Shown one piece after another: positions 9,656 to 19,842 of a stretch of DNA of 64,000 nucleotides. The stretch lies in sequence record MN091626.1. One strand, written 5' to 3'. Numbering within the stretch: position 1 is the stretch's first letter; every line of letters starts with the position of its first letter. A model generated the notes under the pieces. It did not search any database and had not been told where the DNA came from. It worked only from the letters and a program-made list of their open reading frames with translations. A program made the position numbers and the translations under genes.

Positions 9656-10279
9656 TTGGATAAGTCATTATATGTATCGGATATATTCGATGAGAAAGTT
9701 ATAGGAAGAAAGGATCTTAATAAAGATGAACTTTTTGATTTGTCATTTAATACAATTTTAAATAATTCTGCTGACACTAGATTTAATAAAGAAGGAATTA
9801 GGTTAATGTTATCGTTTTCAAAAGGATTAATTTTAAAATTTGATTATGCAGACAAATATTTTTATGTGAAAGATTTTATATTTTTAATAGAAAAAGTTGA
9901 TGGTAACTATGAATTTAATTTTACATTAAGTATTCCAGAATTTGCAGACAGTGAAATTGAAATTGAATTAGGAATTTTTGAATCGGATAAAGGTCATAGA
10001 GAATTTTATTTTAATGATTTTTCTTATTATAAAGAAGGAAAAACTTTATTAGAAAGAGCTAAAGAATATTTAACGGTTGATGTTTTTAATAATTATGGTG
10101 TTATTTTTAGTATTTTTTCATTAAAAGATAAAAATAGAATTTTAACAGACGATAATTTTATCATAGATAATAATGATATAGATGAAATTTATAGTCTAAA
10201 AAATATAGATAACGTATTTAGAGAAGTAACAAACGAAAAAGAAATAAAAGAATACTTAGTTCAGAAAGGATTTAGATAA
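9656..10279 (+). CDS. Conserved-termini family protein
   Basis: TTG start with RBS AAGGAGG; ends FREVTNEKEIKEYLVQKGFR. Confidence 0.8.
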   Translation: MDKSLYVSDIFDEKVIGRKDLNKDELFDLSFNTILNNSADTRFNKEGIRLMLSFSKGLILKFDYADKYFYVKDFIFLIEKVDGNYEFNFTLSIPEFADSEIEIELGIFESDKGHREFYFNDFSYYKEGKTLLERAKEYLTVDVFNNYGVIFSIFSLKDKNRILTDDNFIIDNNDIDEIYSLKNIDNVFREVTNEKEIKEYLVQKGFR

Positions 10280-10280
10280 A

Positions 10281-10892
10281 ATGAAAATAGGCTTAGAATC
10301 TTATGAATACTATTACCATGATGAAGAAAAAATATTAGTTCCAGTATCATTAGATATGAAGAAAGAAAATGCAAATGAGTTAATGACGTTTGAATATTAT
10401 AAGAAAGTTTTTAAAAGTTTTAATCATAATATATTTCATAAAAGAATTCACGATGATAATATACTATTTAGTACTCGATTAAATAAAGTGATTAACAAAA
10501 GTACTGGTATATCAATACCTGCTTATGAGTTATATATACATTTTGAAATAGATAACTCATTAAATATTATTTCCTTAGAATTAAGTTTTTCAATGGATAC
10601 AAATCACTTTGATTTATTTAGAACATTCTATAAAGATAAAATAGAAGTTATAAATTTTTCAAAGACAGATTCTTTAAAATATAATCAAAATGTAGATAAT
10701 TTAGAAGATAAAATGGCATGTCTATTAGCTAAATTATTCTTTGATATGCACAATGATGAAAATGAAGATATTGAAATATATGTAGACGATTTTTACCATG
10801 AATCATTAGACATAGCTAAGCCATATAAATATTTTAGATTGATGGGAGAAAAAGAAATAAAAAATCTAGCAATTAAAAAAACTTTTAAATAA
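10281..10892 (+). CDS. Conserved-termini family protein
   Basis: Ends FRLMGEKEIKNLAIKKTFK. Confidence 0.78.
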   Translation: MKIGLESYEYYYHDEEKILVPVSLDMKKENANELMTFEYYKKVFKSFNHNIFHKRIHDDNILFSTRLNKVINKSTGISIPAYELYIHFEIDNSLNIISLELSFSMDTNHFDLFRTFYKDKIEVINFSKTDSLKYNQNVDNLEDKMACLLAKLFFDMHNDENEDIEIYVDDFYHESLDIAKPYKYFRLMGEKEIKNLAIKKTFK

Positions 10893-10949
10893 TTTAATTA
10901 ACTTTCTTTTATATTAATAAATACAATGAAAGAGAGTTGAATATAATAA

Positions 10950-11729
10950 ATGTCTGAAACTAATGAAATTGATTTAATATCACAAATCAATGATATGATG
11001 GATGAATATAAGATGTTAGTAAAATTTAAAGATAAAATGGAAAATAAAGAAATTCAATTAGAAAATCGTATACAGGATTTAACTAAGAATTTGAAATATC
11101 CTAAACATACATTCGTATCTAATATGGAAGCTAACATTATTAGTGTAGAAAAAGAAATTAAAGACACTATTATGCAAATGAAAAATGTTAAAAAAGATAT
11201 TATTGACTTAACTATGAAAGCTCAGAAAATGGCTGAAGATGATGAATCTGAAGATAATTATAAAACTCTTGCTAAAAATGTACTTAATGAGCTTAATAAT
11301 ATGTCTAATAAAGATATTTTAAACAGTATGATGGAACCTGAAGAAGTAAATGATGAAGATACTGATTTTAGTGAAGAATTAGATGCAAAATTATCGCAAT
11401 TAGATGAAGAAGAGAAATCTATCAATAAAGAAGTAGATCAAAAAGAAGAGTTGAGTCAAGAAATTAATGAATTAGATCAACAAGATTTATCTTCTATATT
11501 GAAAGTCTATAAAGGTACATTACAATTCTTTGTTGTAGGAGATTCTCCTGAAGAATATGAATTAGTAGTTGCTGATATGGATATGAATATTATTGAAGAA
11601 GATGAGATGGAAGATGAATATCCAGAATTATTTACTATGACTAGGGATCTTATCTTTGAAGATATTGAAGGTAATGATGAAATAGTTAAAGATGAATTTG
11701 GAAATATTTATCAAAAAGCAGAATTTTAA
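10950..11729 (+). CDS. Acidic coiled-coil hypothetical protein
   Basis: Heptad-rich N-half, D/E-rich middle; AACT-N6-TA element at 10900-10911. Confidence 0.8.
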   Translation: MSETNEIDLISQINDMMDEYKMLVKFKDKMENKEIQLENRIQDLTKNLKYPKHTFVSNMEANIISVEKEIKDTIMQMKNVKKDIIDLTMKAQKMAEDDESEDNYKTLAKNVLNELNNMSNKDILNSMMEPEEVNDEDTDFSEELDAKLSQLDEEEKSINKEVDQKEELSQEINELDQQDLSSILKVYKGTLQFFVVGDSPEEYELVVADMDMNIIEEDEMEDEYPELFTMTRDLIFEDIEGNDEIVKDEFGNIYQKAEF

Positions 11730-11765
11730 ATTATTTTAACCCATAATATATTAATACAATATATT

Positions 11766-12164
11766 ATGGGTATTTATTATATGTGGAGGTTATGTATTAT
11801 GGGATTTGAGTTAACAATATATGGAATAAATAAAAGTAAGCAAAGAGATTTACAATGGTATATTAATCATCATAGATATACTAAAGAGAAGAACCATTTA
11901 TTTGAATTAGAATTATATAAACCACATGAACTTTTTGATGTATTAAAATATAAAGTAATTGATTATAAAAATGAAGATGGTTTTGATATTCAAGTAATAG
12001 ATGAAAATACTTTAAAAGAGTTAATGGAAAATGAATTAAGAGAAAATAATTTTGAATATGGATTAACTCAATACTATAGACTTATGACTGAAATATCCAG
12101 AAATAAATATTTTATAAATAATGATAAATTTGATTTTTATCTAATCTTAGATGCATCATTTTAA
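11766..12164 (+). CDS. Hypothetical protein (likely start at 11799, behind GGAGG)
   Basis: ORF track; GGAGG precedes the later ATG. Confidence 0.7.
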   Translation: MGIYYMWRLCIMGFELTIYGINKSKQRDLQWYINHHRYTKEKNHLFELELYKPHELFDVLKYKVIDYKNEDGFDIQVIDENTLKELMENELRENNFEYGLTQYYRLMTEISRNKYFINNDKFDFYLILDASF

Positions 12165-12184
12165 TAATAGGAGATGGAATAGAT

Positions 12185-12310
12185 ATGTTAAAAAGATTAT
12201 ATAGTTTATTAACTAAGAAAAAATTTGAAAGAAAATTATATGAATTTAAATTTAATTATCAAGATCATGAGCATTTAAATCAAGTTCATAGAGATTCAAA
12301 TAATATATAA
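12185..12310 (+). CDS. Small hypothetical protein (41 aa, not in the ORF track)
   Basis: AGGAG RBS then MLKRLYSLLTKKKFERKLYEFKF...; fills the gap between neighbours. Confidence 0.5.
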   Translation: MLKRLYSLLTKKKFERKLYEFKFNYQDHEHLNQVHRDSNNI

Positions 12311-12329
12311 TATGAAAGGATGATTATTA

Positions 12330-12731
12330 ATGTTATCAGAATATAGATTAAATTCAAATAAAGAAAATATTAAACAACTATTAAGAGATTATGGTTTTAA
12401 AAAAGATTCTTATACTAAAGCTTTAATATATAGAAAACGTGTAACTGATCCGAATGATATTTTATTCATAGTGGCTGAAGTGGTTATTGAAACTAATTCA
12501 GATCTAGTTAAATTAAATTACTATGATAGTAAACATAATAGATTTAATCCTTCTAATGAGTCGCCAGAAGTTCAAAAAGGTTTAAGTATATTAGAAGATA
12601 TGAAAGAAAAAGAATTATTAATTGAACCAGAATTAACTCAAAATGTAGAAGAAAAAGAAGTTCTTGATAGACTTAAAGAACAACGTGAAGAAATGGAAAA
12701 TGGTCAAGTATCACCCAATTCTGAAAATTAG
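12330..12731 (+). CDS. Hypothetical protein
   Basis: RBS AAAGGA; ORF track. Confidence 0.75.
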   Translation: MLSEYRLNSNKENIKQLLRDYGFKKDSYTKALIYRKRVTDPNDILFIVAEVVIETNSDLVKLNYYDSKHNRFNPSNESPEVQKGLSILEDMKEKELLIEPELTQNVEEKEVLDRLKEQREEMENGQVSPNSEN

Positions 12732-12734
12732 AAT

Positions 12735-12749
12735 AAATATATATTATAA
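12735..12749 (+). promoter_or_regulatory. Putative early promoter followed by hairpin
   Basis: Exact motif, then ATCCCAATACTA/TAGTATTGGGAT. Confidence 0.72.
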
Positions 12750-12811
12750 AAATGTTATCCCAATACTATTAAATTAGTATTGGGATTATTATAATAGAAG
12801 GAGTTAAATAA

Positions 12812-13588
12812 ATGGAGAAAATTAATAAATACTACATTAGTAAATCAAAAGATGAATTTATGGAATTAACTTTCAATGAAAATGAAACACTCTATTTTGA
12901 CTTTAAGTGGAAAGTTTTAAGTGAGCTATTCACTACAATGCAAATAAATTATAATAAGAGATTTCTTATATCTCATGAAGAACATGATGACGATGGTTTA
13001 GTTGGGCTTAGAATAAATTTCAATGCTTTTCCCACAGTTAAATACAAATATAAGGGTAAGAAAAATAAAATGGAACTTCTTATATACGCTATAATACGCT
13101 TTAGTCTAAATGAGGAAGACGATAATTATATTAAGTTTAAAGCTGTTCCTTTATATAATAATAGTGAAATAGGGAAAAGATTATTTAGTAAAAGATCTGG
13201 TATATTTGATGATAATGGTGAACTAGATTTACCGCATGACTTTAATGAAGAAGTTATGATTCGCTTTTTAAAATATTTTAAAAGTCATATACAAAAAGGG
13301 AAAAGACCTTTAGAACTCAAGGACGATTTACACAAGATGTTTACTGCTACAAATAAATTAATTTTTGAATTACTAGATCAGATACAAGATCATTCAGATA
13401 TTGAATTTCTTATTGCACCCGATTGGGATTTTAGTGGTAAAGAAATGGAAAAAGAAAAAGGTTTTAGTTTTGAAAAAGAATATGATAAGTATATCAGTTT
13501 AAATGATTTTGATGTTGATGCATATTTTAGAGAAATAACTGATGAGAAAGAAATTAAAAAATTTAAAGTTAAGAAAGGATTTTCCTAA
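12812..13588 (+). CDS. Conserved-termini family protein
   Basis: YYISKSKDEFMEL ... FREITDEKEIKKFKVKKGFS. Confidence 0.8.
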   Translation: MEKINKYYISKSKDEFMELTFNENETLYFDFKWKVLSELFTTMQINYNKRFLISHEEHDDDGLVGLRINFNAFPTVKYKYKGKKNKMELLIYAIIRFSLNEEDDNYIKFKAVPLYNNSEIGKRLFSKRSGIFDDNGELDLPHDFNEEVMIRFLKYFKSHIQKGKRPLELKDDLHKMFTATNKLIFELLDQIQDHSDIEFLIAPDWDFSGKEMEKEKGFSFEKEYDKYISLNDFDVDAYFREITDEKEIKKFKVKKGFS

Positions 13589-13589
13589 T

Positions 13590-14399
13590 ATGAAAAATAA
13601 TACAAAATATTTTATAGATAAAGAAAGAGATGAATTAATTGAAATTGATAAGAATTATCTTAACCGATATGAATATATTGCATATGTATTAACTACTATG
13701 GATATTAATAATCTTTTAAGCAGTAAAGGATATGCTAAAGCTTTCATAGATAATATTTCTAAAGAAGAAGGTTGTATGAATTTTCATGATATAGATTCTG
13801 ATAGCGATATTTATTTTATGGACAAACATAATAAAAATGATACTCTTAAAAGATTTAATACTAATTTTCATATTAATTTTAATGCTGGTAGAATGGATAA
13901 AATTGAAAGTGGAGAATTTAAATTAGATTTTCATTTTGATAATTCATTATATAAAGAATATTTCAATATAATCACTAATGGTTTAGTAAATGAAAATAAT
14001 TTAGTTAATGAAGGAATAAATGAAAAAATGAGAGCTCTTATAAATATTGAATCATTTGAAAAAAATTTATATGAGATCAAATATAGTAATGAATCATTTA
14101 TGGATTTAAATTTTTCAATATCGGGATATGAGAAAAGTCCTATTATTAAATTTACAGAAAAATTTAAAGATTTATTCTTTATAATATTATATCAGAATAA
14201 TCTTAGTGTATTAATGTCTCTTTATGAGATTAAATATATGTATAAAGACGATATAGAATTTTATATTAGTTTCTCCAGTAAGGGTGGCGGTTTAATTAAT
14301 TTATTACACCTAATAGAAATTGATGAAAATAATTTATTTAAAGAATTAACAGATGAAAAAGATATTAAAAATTTTAAAGTTAAGAAAGGATTTTCATAA
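13590..14399 (+). CDS. Conserved-termini family protein (start moved from 13542 to the ATG after the upstream stop)
   Basis: YFIDKERDELIEI ... FKELTDEKDIKNFKVKKGFS. Confidence 0.8.
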   Translation: MKNNTKYFIDKERDELIEIDKNYLNRYEYIAYVLTTMDINNLLSSKGYAKAFIDNISKEEGCMNFHDIDSDSDIYFMDKHNKNDTLKRFNTNFHINFNAGRMDKIESGEFKLDFHFDNSLYKEYFNIITNGLVNENNLVNEGINEKMRALINIESFEKNLYEIKYSNESFMDLNFSISGYEKSPIIKFTEKFKDLFFIILYQNNLSVLMSLYEIKYMYKDDIEFYISFSSKGGGLINLLHLIEIDENNLFKELTDEKDIKNFKVKKGFS

Positions 14400-15139
14400 T
14401 GGAATATAATAATTACTATAGATATAAATTAGATGGAGAAATACTTCACTTTGATATGGATAGAACTGACTTAAGAAGGGATATATTGGCTGAAATATTT
14501 ACTAAAATGTATATGAAATATATTAATAAAGATGAAGAAATGATTAAAACGTCAGAAAATTTTATTTATCGATCTGATCTTTCTTTAGAATATTCTCATT
14601 TTAAAGATAAAGTATGTGAAATCAGACAAATTTCTAAAATAATGGGTAAAAACCATGTAAAAGATTTATTAATTTACGATACAGATATTAGTTTAGGATT
14701 TAATTCTATTTTAGATGGAGCTATATTTAAAAAAGATTTTCCAGAAGGATCTTTTCATGACAAAATAGAAAGTAACATGAATAGAAGATATTTAATTTTA
14801 AGTGATAATATAAGTCATACTAGTGAAAGTTTTGCTGATTTATATGACAAAGATTATATTTTAAATTTTGAAGAAGTAGAATTTTTAGTCAAAGAATTTA
14901 ATAGAACGTTTTTAAATTATCTTATGGATTTAATGAGTTATGGAAATCTAGAATTAAATGTTAGAAAATCGGAGTTAGCATATTTTATGACAGGGATATA
15001 TACAAAAATGAAAAAACATGAAGACAGATTATTCCCTATATTCGATTATAAATTTTTACTTAATGAATCTGGATTATTTGAAGAGATTACGGATGAAAAA
15101 GTTATTAAAGAATACTTAGTGAAAAATAATTTTAAATAA
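14399..15139 (+). CDS. Conserved-termini family protein
   Basis: YYRYKLDGEILHF ... FEEITDEKVIKEYLVKNNFK; TAATG coupling with the upstream gene. Confidence 0.8.
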   Translation: MEYNNYYRYKLDGEILHFDMDRTDLRRDILAEIFTKMYMKYINKDEEMIKTSENFIYRSDLSLEYSHFKDKVCEIRQISKIMGKNHVKDLLIYDTDISLGFNSILDGAIFKKDFPEGSFHDKIESNMNRRYLILSDNISHTSESFADLYDKDYILNFEEVEFLVKEFNRTFLNYLMDLMSYGNLELNVRKSELAYFMTGIYTKMKKHEDRLFPIFDYKFLLNESGLFEEITDEKVIKEYLVKNNFK

Positions 15140-15153
15140 AGGAGATCAATATA

Positions 15154-15951
15154 ATGAGTGCAATGAAAAGTAATAAAAAATACTTCCTATGTAAAATAAA
15201 TGATGAATTATTTGAAGTTGATAAAAACAATAGAGGTTCATTTTTATATGACTATTTGCCTTTAATAATAGCTGAAAAAATAATTAATCAGACTGAAAAA
15301 GATTCATATGAAACTAGTGCAATGGATGTTTATTATAAAAAAGAAGATAATATAATTAAAGGTAATTTAAAATTTTTATCAAGATGTTTACTTCCTGTCC
15401 TGTATAATTTCAATAATAAAAATTCATTTAAAACCGTTATGACTCTCGCAGATTTTAAATTTAAAAGGGATGCTAACAAATCTACTTTTAGTATAGATAA
15501 AAATAGTGTTAATGATAAAATACTATTTCAAATGAGACCTTTAGGAAATGAAATTGATGATATTTTATTTAATAGTATTATAAGTGACCTTTTAAATGAA
15601 GATGACGAAATAGAAATGAAACAAATGTTATTAGTTGGTAATTTTGAAAAATTATTAAACGAAATTGATAATCAAAATATAAAACATCATGATGATTTTA
15701 AAATTTTAATCAAAGATATATTTAATATTTATATTAATTTATTAAACTCTTTAAGTCATCATCTTAATATTGAATTTTTCTTTTCTGAATCTTCTTTTTT
15801 AGACATGTTAAATGTTTATGATTATGATATCATTAATAATAAAGATAGTTATAAAATAAATATTTTTGAAGATGATTTAGATGGAATATTTGAAGAAATT
15901 ACCGATGAAAAATTTGTTAGAGAATATTTAGTGAAAAATAATTTCAAATAA
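15154..15951 (+). CDS. Conserved-termini family protein
   Basis: YFLCKINDELFEV ... FEEITDEKFVREYLVKNNFK. Confidence 0.8.
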   Translation: MSAMKSNKKYFLCKINDELFEVDKNNRGSFLYDYLPLIIAEKIINQTEKDSYETSAMDVYYKKEDNIIKGNLKFLSRCLLPVLYNFNNKNSFKTVMTLADFKFKRDANKSTFSIDKNSVNDKILFQMRPLGNEIDDILFNSIISDLLNEDDEIEMKQMLLVGNFEKLLNEIDNQNIKHHDDFKILIKDIFNIYINLLNSLSHHLNIEFFFSESSFLDMLNVYDYDIINNKDSYKINIFEDDLDGIFEEITDEKFVREYLVKNNFK

Positions 15952-16007
15952 AATTAAAAATTTATAGTAACGGAAATATATTTATCAATAGGAGTTGAAA
16001 CTGGATA

Positions 16008-18743
16008 ATGAAGATTAAAAGATTAAAGTTAAAGAATTTTATCGGTATTTATGCTGGTATGGGATTAAAAGAAGTTGAAATTGATTTTAGTAAAAGTAAA
16101 AATAATATGATTATGCTTCTTGGAGATAACGCTTCAGGTAAGACGACAGTTATGTCTAATCTTAATCCATATAGAGAAACTAATGATCAACGTAAAACTA
16201 TAGTATTAGAAGATGAAAAAGGTATAAAAGAGATTGATTATATTAAGGGTAATGATGTTTATGAAATTAAACATCATTATGGTAAAAACAGTTCTCAAAA
16301 TAAATCATTCATTAAGAAAAATGGTGAAGAACTTAATGAAAATGGTGGTATTAAATTATTCAATGAAATAGTAGATAAAGAATTAGGTGTATCTAAAGAA
16401 TACTTTACTGTAGGTCGTTTAGGCGATAACGTATCAAACTTCATTGACTATACTACAGGTGATCGTAAATCATATATCAATAAATTTGTACCTAATATTG
16501 ATAGATACTTAGAAGCTTATAAAGTAGCTAATGAGAAATTAAAAATTATTACTAAAGATTTAAAATCACTTAGATTTGATTTAGACAAATATAAAGAATT
16601 TGATGAAATCAAAAAAGAAAAAGAGAATTTAGAAACTTTAATTGATCAATTACAAAATGAACTTGATGAAGCTAATAAAGATAAAACAACTCATGAAACT
16701 AAAATGAATTCTATCATGGAAGATAAGTACAAAGAGATTCATCCAACTGAATATAAAAATCAATTAATTAATGAAATTAATGAACTTAATCAAGAATTAG
16801 AAAAAGAAAGAAAGTTAAAAGAAGATAATGAGAATTTAAATAAATATACTATTGAATCCGCTAATGAGAAAAAAGATAAAATAGATACTATATTAAATAA
16901 TACTAATAATGAGTTGACTTCTGTTGAAAAAGATAAAGAGAATAATCAAGATAAATTAGATGATTTAATCAGTAGAAAATCTAAAATAGAATCTCGTATG
17001 AATGCTATCAAATTTAATGAAGATTATGATGCTTCTGATGAAATTGATTCAATTCTTGAAGGATATAAAGAAGATTTAGAAGGTATTAAAGATGATGTAG
17101 ATATTTCTAGAGGGTCTTTTGTAAGTGAATTCGGTTTACAAATTAAAGATAATATTAAAGAGGATTCATTAAGATTATATGTAAATGATTTAATTTCTAA
17201 GGTAGATAATTTTAAAGAATTTATTAATGATAATGAATTTAAATATGGTTCTATTCGTGGAGATTTTGAAAGTGAAATTAAAGATAATAATGAAAAAATT
17301 TCTATGAACCAGAATGAATTTAATGAAATTAATACTAAGCTTAATCAAATTAAAGGCAAATCAGACTTATTAAAAATATTAGATCAAAAAGATCATGATC
17401 ACTATAATGAATGTGTATTTGTTCCTTTAGTAGCTGACTTTAAAGACAATGAATTTGATTCAATCTCTGAATTAGAAAATAAAGGTAATCAACTTTATAA
17501 AGATAATCAAGAATTAGAAAAAGATAATAAATTATTATCTAATCATATTGACTTATTACGTAAATTTAATGACATACTTACTAGTAGAAATAGTTTAATT
17601 GAATATATTGGTTTTGAAATGATTGATATTGATAGTATTGAAGAAATATTTACAAATGGTAATACATTCTCTAGTGAACTAAATAGACTTAATTCATTAA
17701 TTGAAAAGACAAATGAAATTCGTACTAATGAAACTAATAGAGATAAATTGACTATTGAATTAGAGAGAAAAGAAAATGCTCTTAAAGAAGATTATTCTAA
17801 TAAGAAAATATTAGATCAATATAAAGAAGATAAAGAAGATTTAGTTAAACAAATTGAAGAAATTAAAAATAAAAATAATGAAATTTCTGAGAATCTTAAT
17901 TATCTTAATGGTCGTAAAGAAAAAGCAATTACTAACTTAAATATTATTAATGAATTTATTAATCTAACAGAGAGATCTGAAGAAATTAAATTAAAAATGA
18001 AAGATAAAAATGATATAGTTGATGACATTGATAAGGATCTTTCAAAATTAAGTAATTTATATGAACTTAATCAAAAAGCAGACAATAAAATTCAATCTAT
18101 TAAAGATAATTTAACTATGAAGAAAAATGATTTAGAATCTACTAAAGAAAAATACTTTGCAGTTAATTCTATTATTACTAAGATTGATGAAATTGAATCA
18201 GTGTTATGGAAATATAATATGGTGGTAGATTCATTAAATCCTAAGAAAGACTCTATACCATTAATATTCATTACTAATTATCTTAAAGATATTGCAGTAA
18301 GTACTAATGAATTACTTTCAGTTGCTTATAATAATTCATTTAAAATTGACTTTGACTTAACAGATAAAGATTTCTTTATTAATGTGTATAAAGGTAATGG
18401 AACTGAGCTGAAAGATATTAAAGAAGCTTCTCAAGGAGAAACAGCTTTAACTAATATTAGTTTATCTTTATCATTATTAAACAAAGTATCTCAAGATTAT
18501 AATATTCTATATTTAGATGAAATGGACTCAACATTAGATTCTAATAATAGAAGAAGATTTGTTGATGTAATTGACAGACAAATTGAATTAATGGGTCTAG
18601 AACAAGTATTCTTGATTAGTCATAATGATGAATTCTATAGTGCTAATATTGACTTAATTTTACTTAAAGGATACGAAAGTAAAATTGACATTAATAATGA
18701 AGAAATGATGCAAGGTAAAAATGTATTATTTAAAGTAAACTAA
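16008..18743 (+). CDS. sbcC: SbcC/Rad50-like SMC ATPase (recombination nuclease subunit)
   Basis: Walker A GDNASGKTT, long coiled coil with central HxxxxC..C-like hook region (HDHYNEC), signature ASQGE, Walker B LYLDEMD, H-loop LISH. Confidence 0.9.
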   Translation: MKIKRLKLKNFIGIYAGMGLKEVEIDFSKSKNNMIMLLGDNASGKTTVMSNLNPYRETNDQRKTIVLEDEKGIKEIDYIKGNDVYEIKHHYGKNSSQNKSFIKKNGEELNENGGIKLFNEIVDKELGVSKEYFTVGRLGDNVSNFIDYTTGDRKSYINKFVPNIDRYLEAYKVANEKLKIITKDLKSLRFDLDKYKEFDEIKKEKENLETLIDQLQNELDEANKDKTTHETKMNSIMEDKYKEIHPTEYKNQLINEINELNQELEKERKLKEDNENLNKYTIESANEKKDKIDTILNNTNNELTSVEKDKENNQDKLDDLISRKSKIESRMNAIKFNEDYDASDEIDSILEGYKEDLEGIKDDVDISRGSFVSEFGLQIKDNIKEDSLRLYVNDLISKVDNFKEFINDNEFKYGSIRGDFESEIKDNNEKISMNQNEFNEINTKLNQIKGKSDLLKILDQKDHDHYNECVFVPLVADFKDNEFDSISELENKGNQLYKDNQELEKDNKLLSNHIDLLRKFNDILTSRNSLIEYIGFEMIDIDSIEEIFTNGNTFSSELNRLNSLIEKTNEIRTNETNRDKLTIELERKENALKEDYSNKKILDQYKEDKEDLVKQIEEIKNKNNEISENLNYLNGRKEKAITNLNIINEFINLTERSEEIKLKMKDKNDIVDDIDKDLSKLSNLYELNQKADNKIQSIKDNLTMKKNDLESTKEKYFAVNSIITKIDEIESVLWKYNMVVDSLNPKKDSIPLIFITNYLKDIAVSTNELLSVAYNNSFKIDFDLTDKDFFINVYKGNGTELKDIKEASQGETALTNISLSLSLLNKVSQDYNILYLDEMDSTLDSNNRRRFVDVIDRQIELMGLEQVFLISHNDEFYSANIDLILLKGYESKIDINNEEMMQGKNVLFKVN

Positions 18744-18779
18744 AATTTGTTATTAAAAATTTGAGAGGAGTAACTCTAT

Positions 18780-19067
18780 TTGAATATTAATGTTAATAAA
18801 CCTTTAGATGCTAAATTCGAAAAAGAAATGCATGATAATATTATAAATGCATTCATTGATAGCACGTTAGGACCAATCCTTTATGAAAAATTAGAAGAGC
18901 TATGTAAAATTCATGATAAAAATATAAAACTTTATTATGACTATGATATGTTAGATTCTAAAAAATTAAAACATAGTTTGATTAAATTTTATGAAGAAAA
19001 TAATTTAGATGAAGACGAATTCATTATAAAGATTAAAAAAGAAGTTGTTAAAAATGCGTTTAAATAG
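18780..19067 (+). CDS. Hypothetical protein, possible minimal member of the conserved-termini family
   Basis: Ends KKEVVKNAFK, matching the terminal (V/I)KxxF(K/R) motif. Confidence 0.65.
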   Translation: MNINVNKPLDAKFEKEMHDNIINAFIDSTLGPILYEKLEELCKIHDKNIKLYYDYDMLDSKKLKHSLIKFYEENNLDEDEFIIKIKKEVVKNAFK

Positions 19068-19083
19068 AAAAGGATGATTTTAT

Positions 19084-19236
19084 ATGAATAAAAAGAAATT
19101 ATGGATAATGACAGGTATAACTTTTTTAACATCTTTCACGATAAATTTTATTATTCTATATTATAAAGATAAATATAGACAGGATGATATTGATACATCT
19201 GAAGATCCATTTATGAAAGGTCCATTATTTATATAG
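19084..19236 (+). CDS. Small single-pass membrane protein (50 aa, not in the ORF track)
   Basis: RBS AAAGGA; MNKKKLWIMTGITFLTSFTINFIILYY: basic N-terminus plus hydrophobic helix. Confidence 0.6.
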   Translation: MNKKKLWIMTGITFLTSFTINFIILYYKDKYRQDDIDTSEDPFMKGPLFI

Positions 19237-19245
19237 TTTAAATAT

Positions 19246-19290
19246 TGCCAAACATTCTTTAAATAGAGTGTTTGGCATTTATATTTTAAT
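19246..19290 (+). terminator. Intrinsic terminator
   Basis: TGCCAAACATTCT/AGAGTGTTTGGCA hairpin plus T-rich tail. Confidence 0.75.
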
Positions 19291-19358
19291 TTTTTATGAA
19301 ATCTAAGTAACGATTAAATTATCAAAGTAGCAATTGAATTGAGGAGTGTTCAAAGATA

Positions 19359-19842
19359 ATGGGTAGATTTATTAAATCAACATATTTAAATAAAAAAGAG
19401 ACACATTCAGGAAAAGAAAAAGTGGTAATGGTAGTTAAAGAAGAAGACGGTAATAAAAAACACATGGAAATAACTGATCCGATGATGCATTACTATGTAA
19501 CTAAAGATGAACATTGGTTACCGCCTAATAAAATTGTAGGTTCTATTGAAAAAGATAAAGTAAGAACTGTTACTTGTAAGCATAAAGATATTATCAAATC
19601 AGTAGTTAAAGAAGCTGGTAATGCTCAAGATAAAGCAGAATATGATAGAATTATGAAATCAGGTAATTGGCAAGAATATAGAAAATTAAAAGATTTTCAT
19701 TTATTAAATAATGCTCATGGATCTGATATTAATATAGAAGATTATAATATTAATGAGTATATTAAAAAGAATTTAGATAGTAAAGTCGGCATAGATATAT
19801 GTCTATTCGATATTGAGGTTGATGGTTCTCAAGTAACTGGGT
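19359..19842 (+). CDS. Family B DNA polymerase, exon 1
   Basis: Ends in ExoI motif CLFDIEVDGSQVTG; joins exon 2 to give DIEVDGSQVTGFPDPEKAEAEVNIIT. Confidence 0.85.

Noticed and set aside
5178-15951. CRISPR-like or integron attC array explanation for the periodic gene-end repeats
   Set aside because: Repeats lie inside coding frames, vary mainly at synonymous positions, are not palindromic and are irregularly spaced; no cas or integrase gene in the window.
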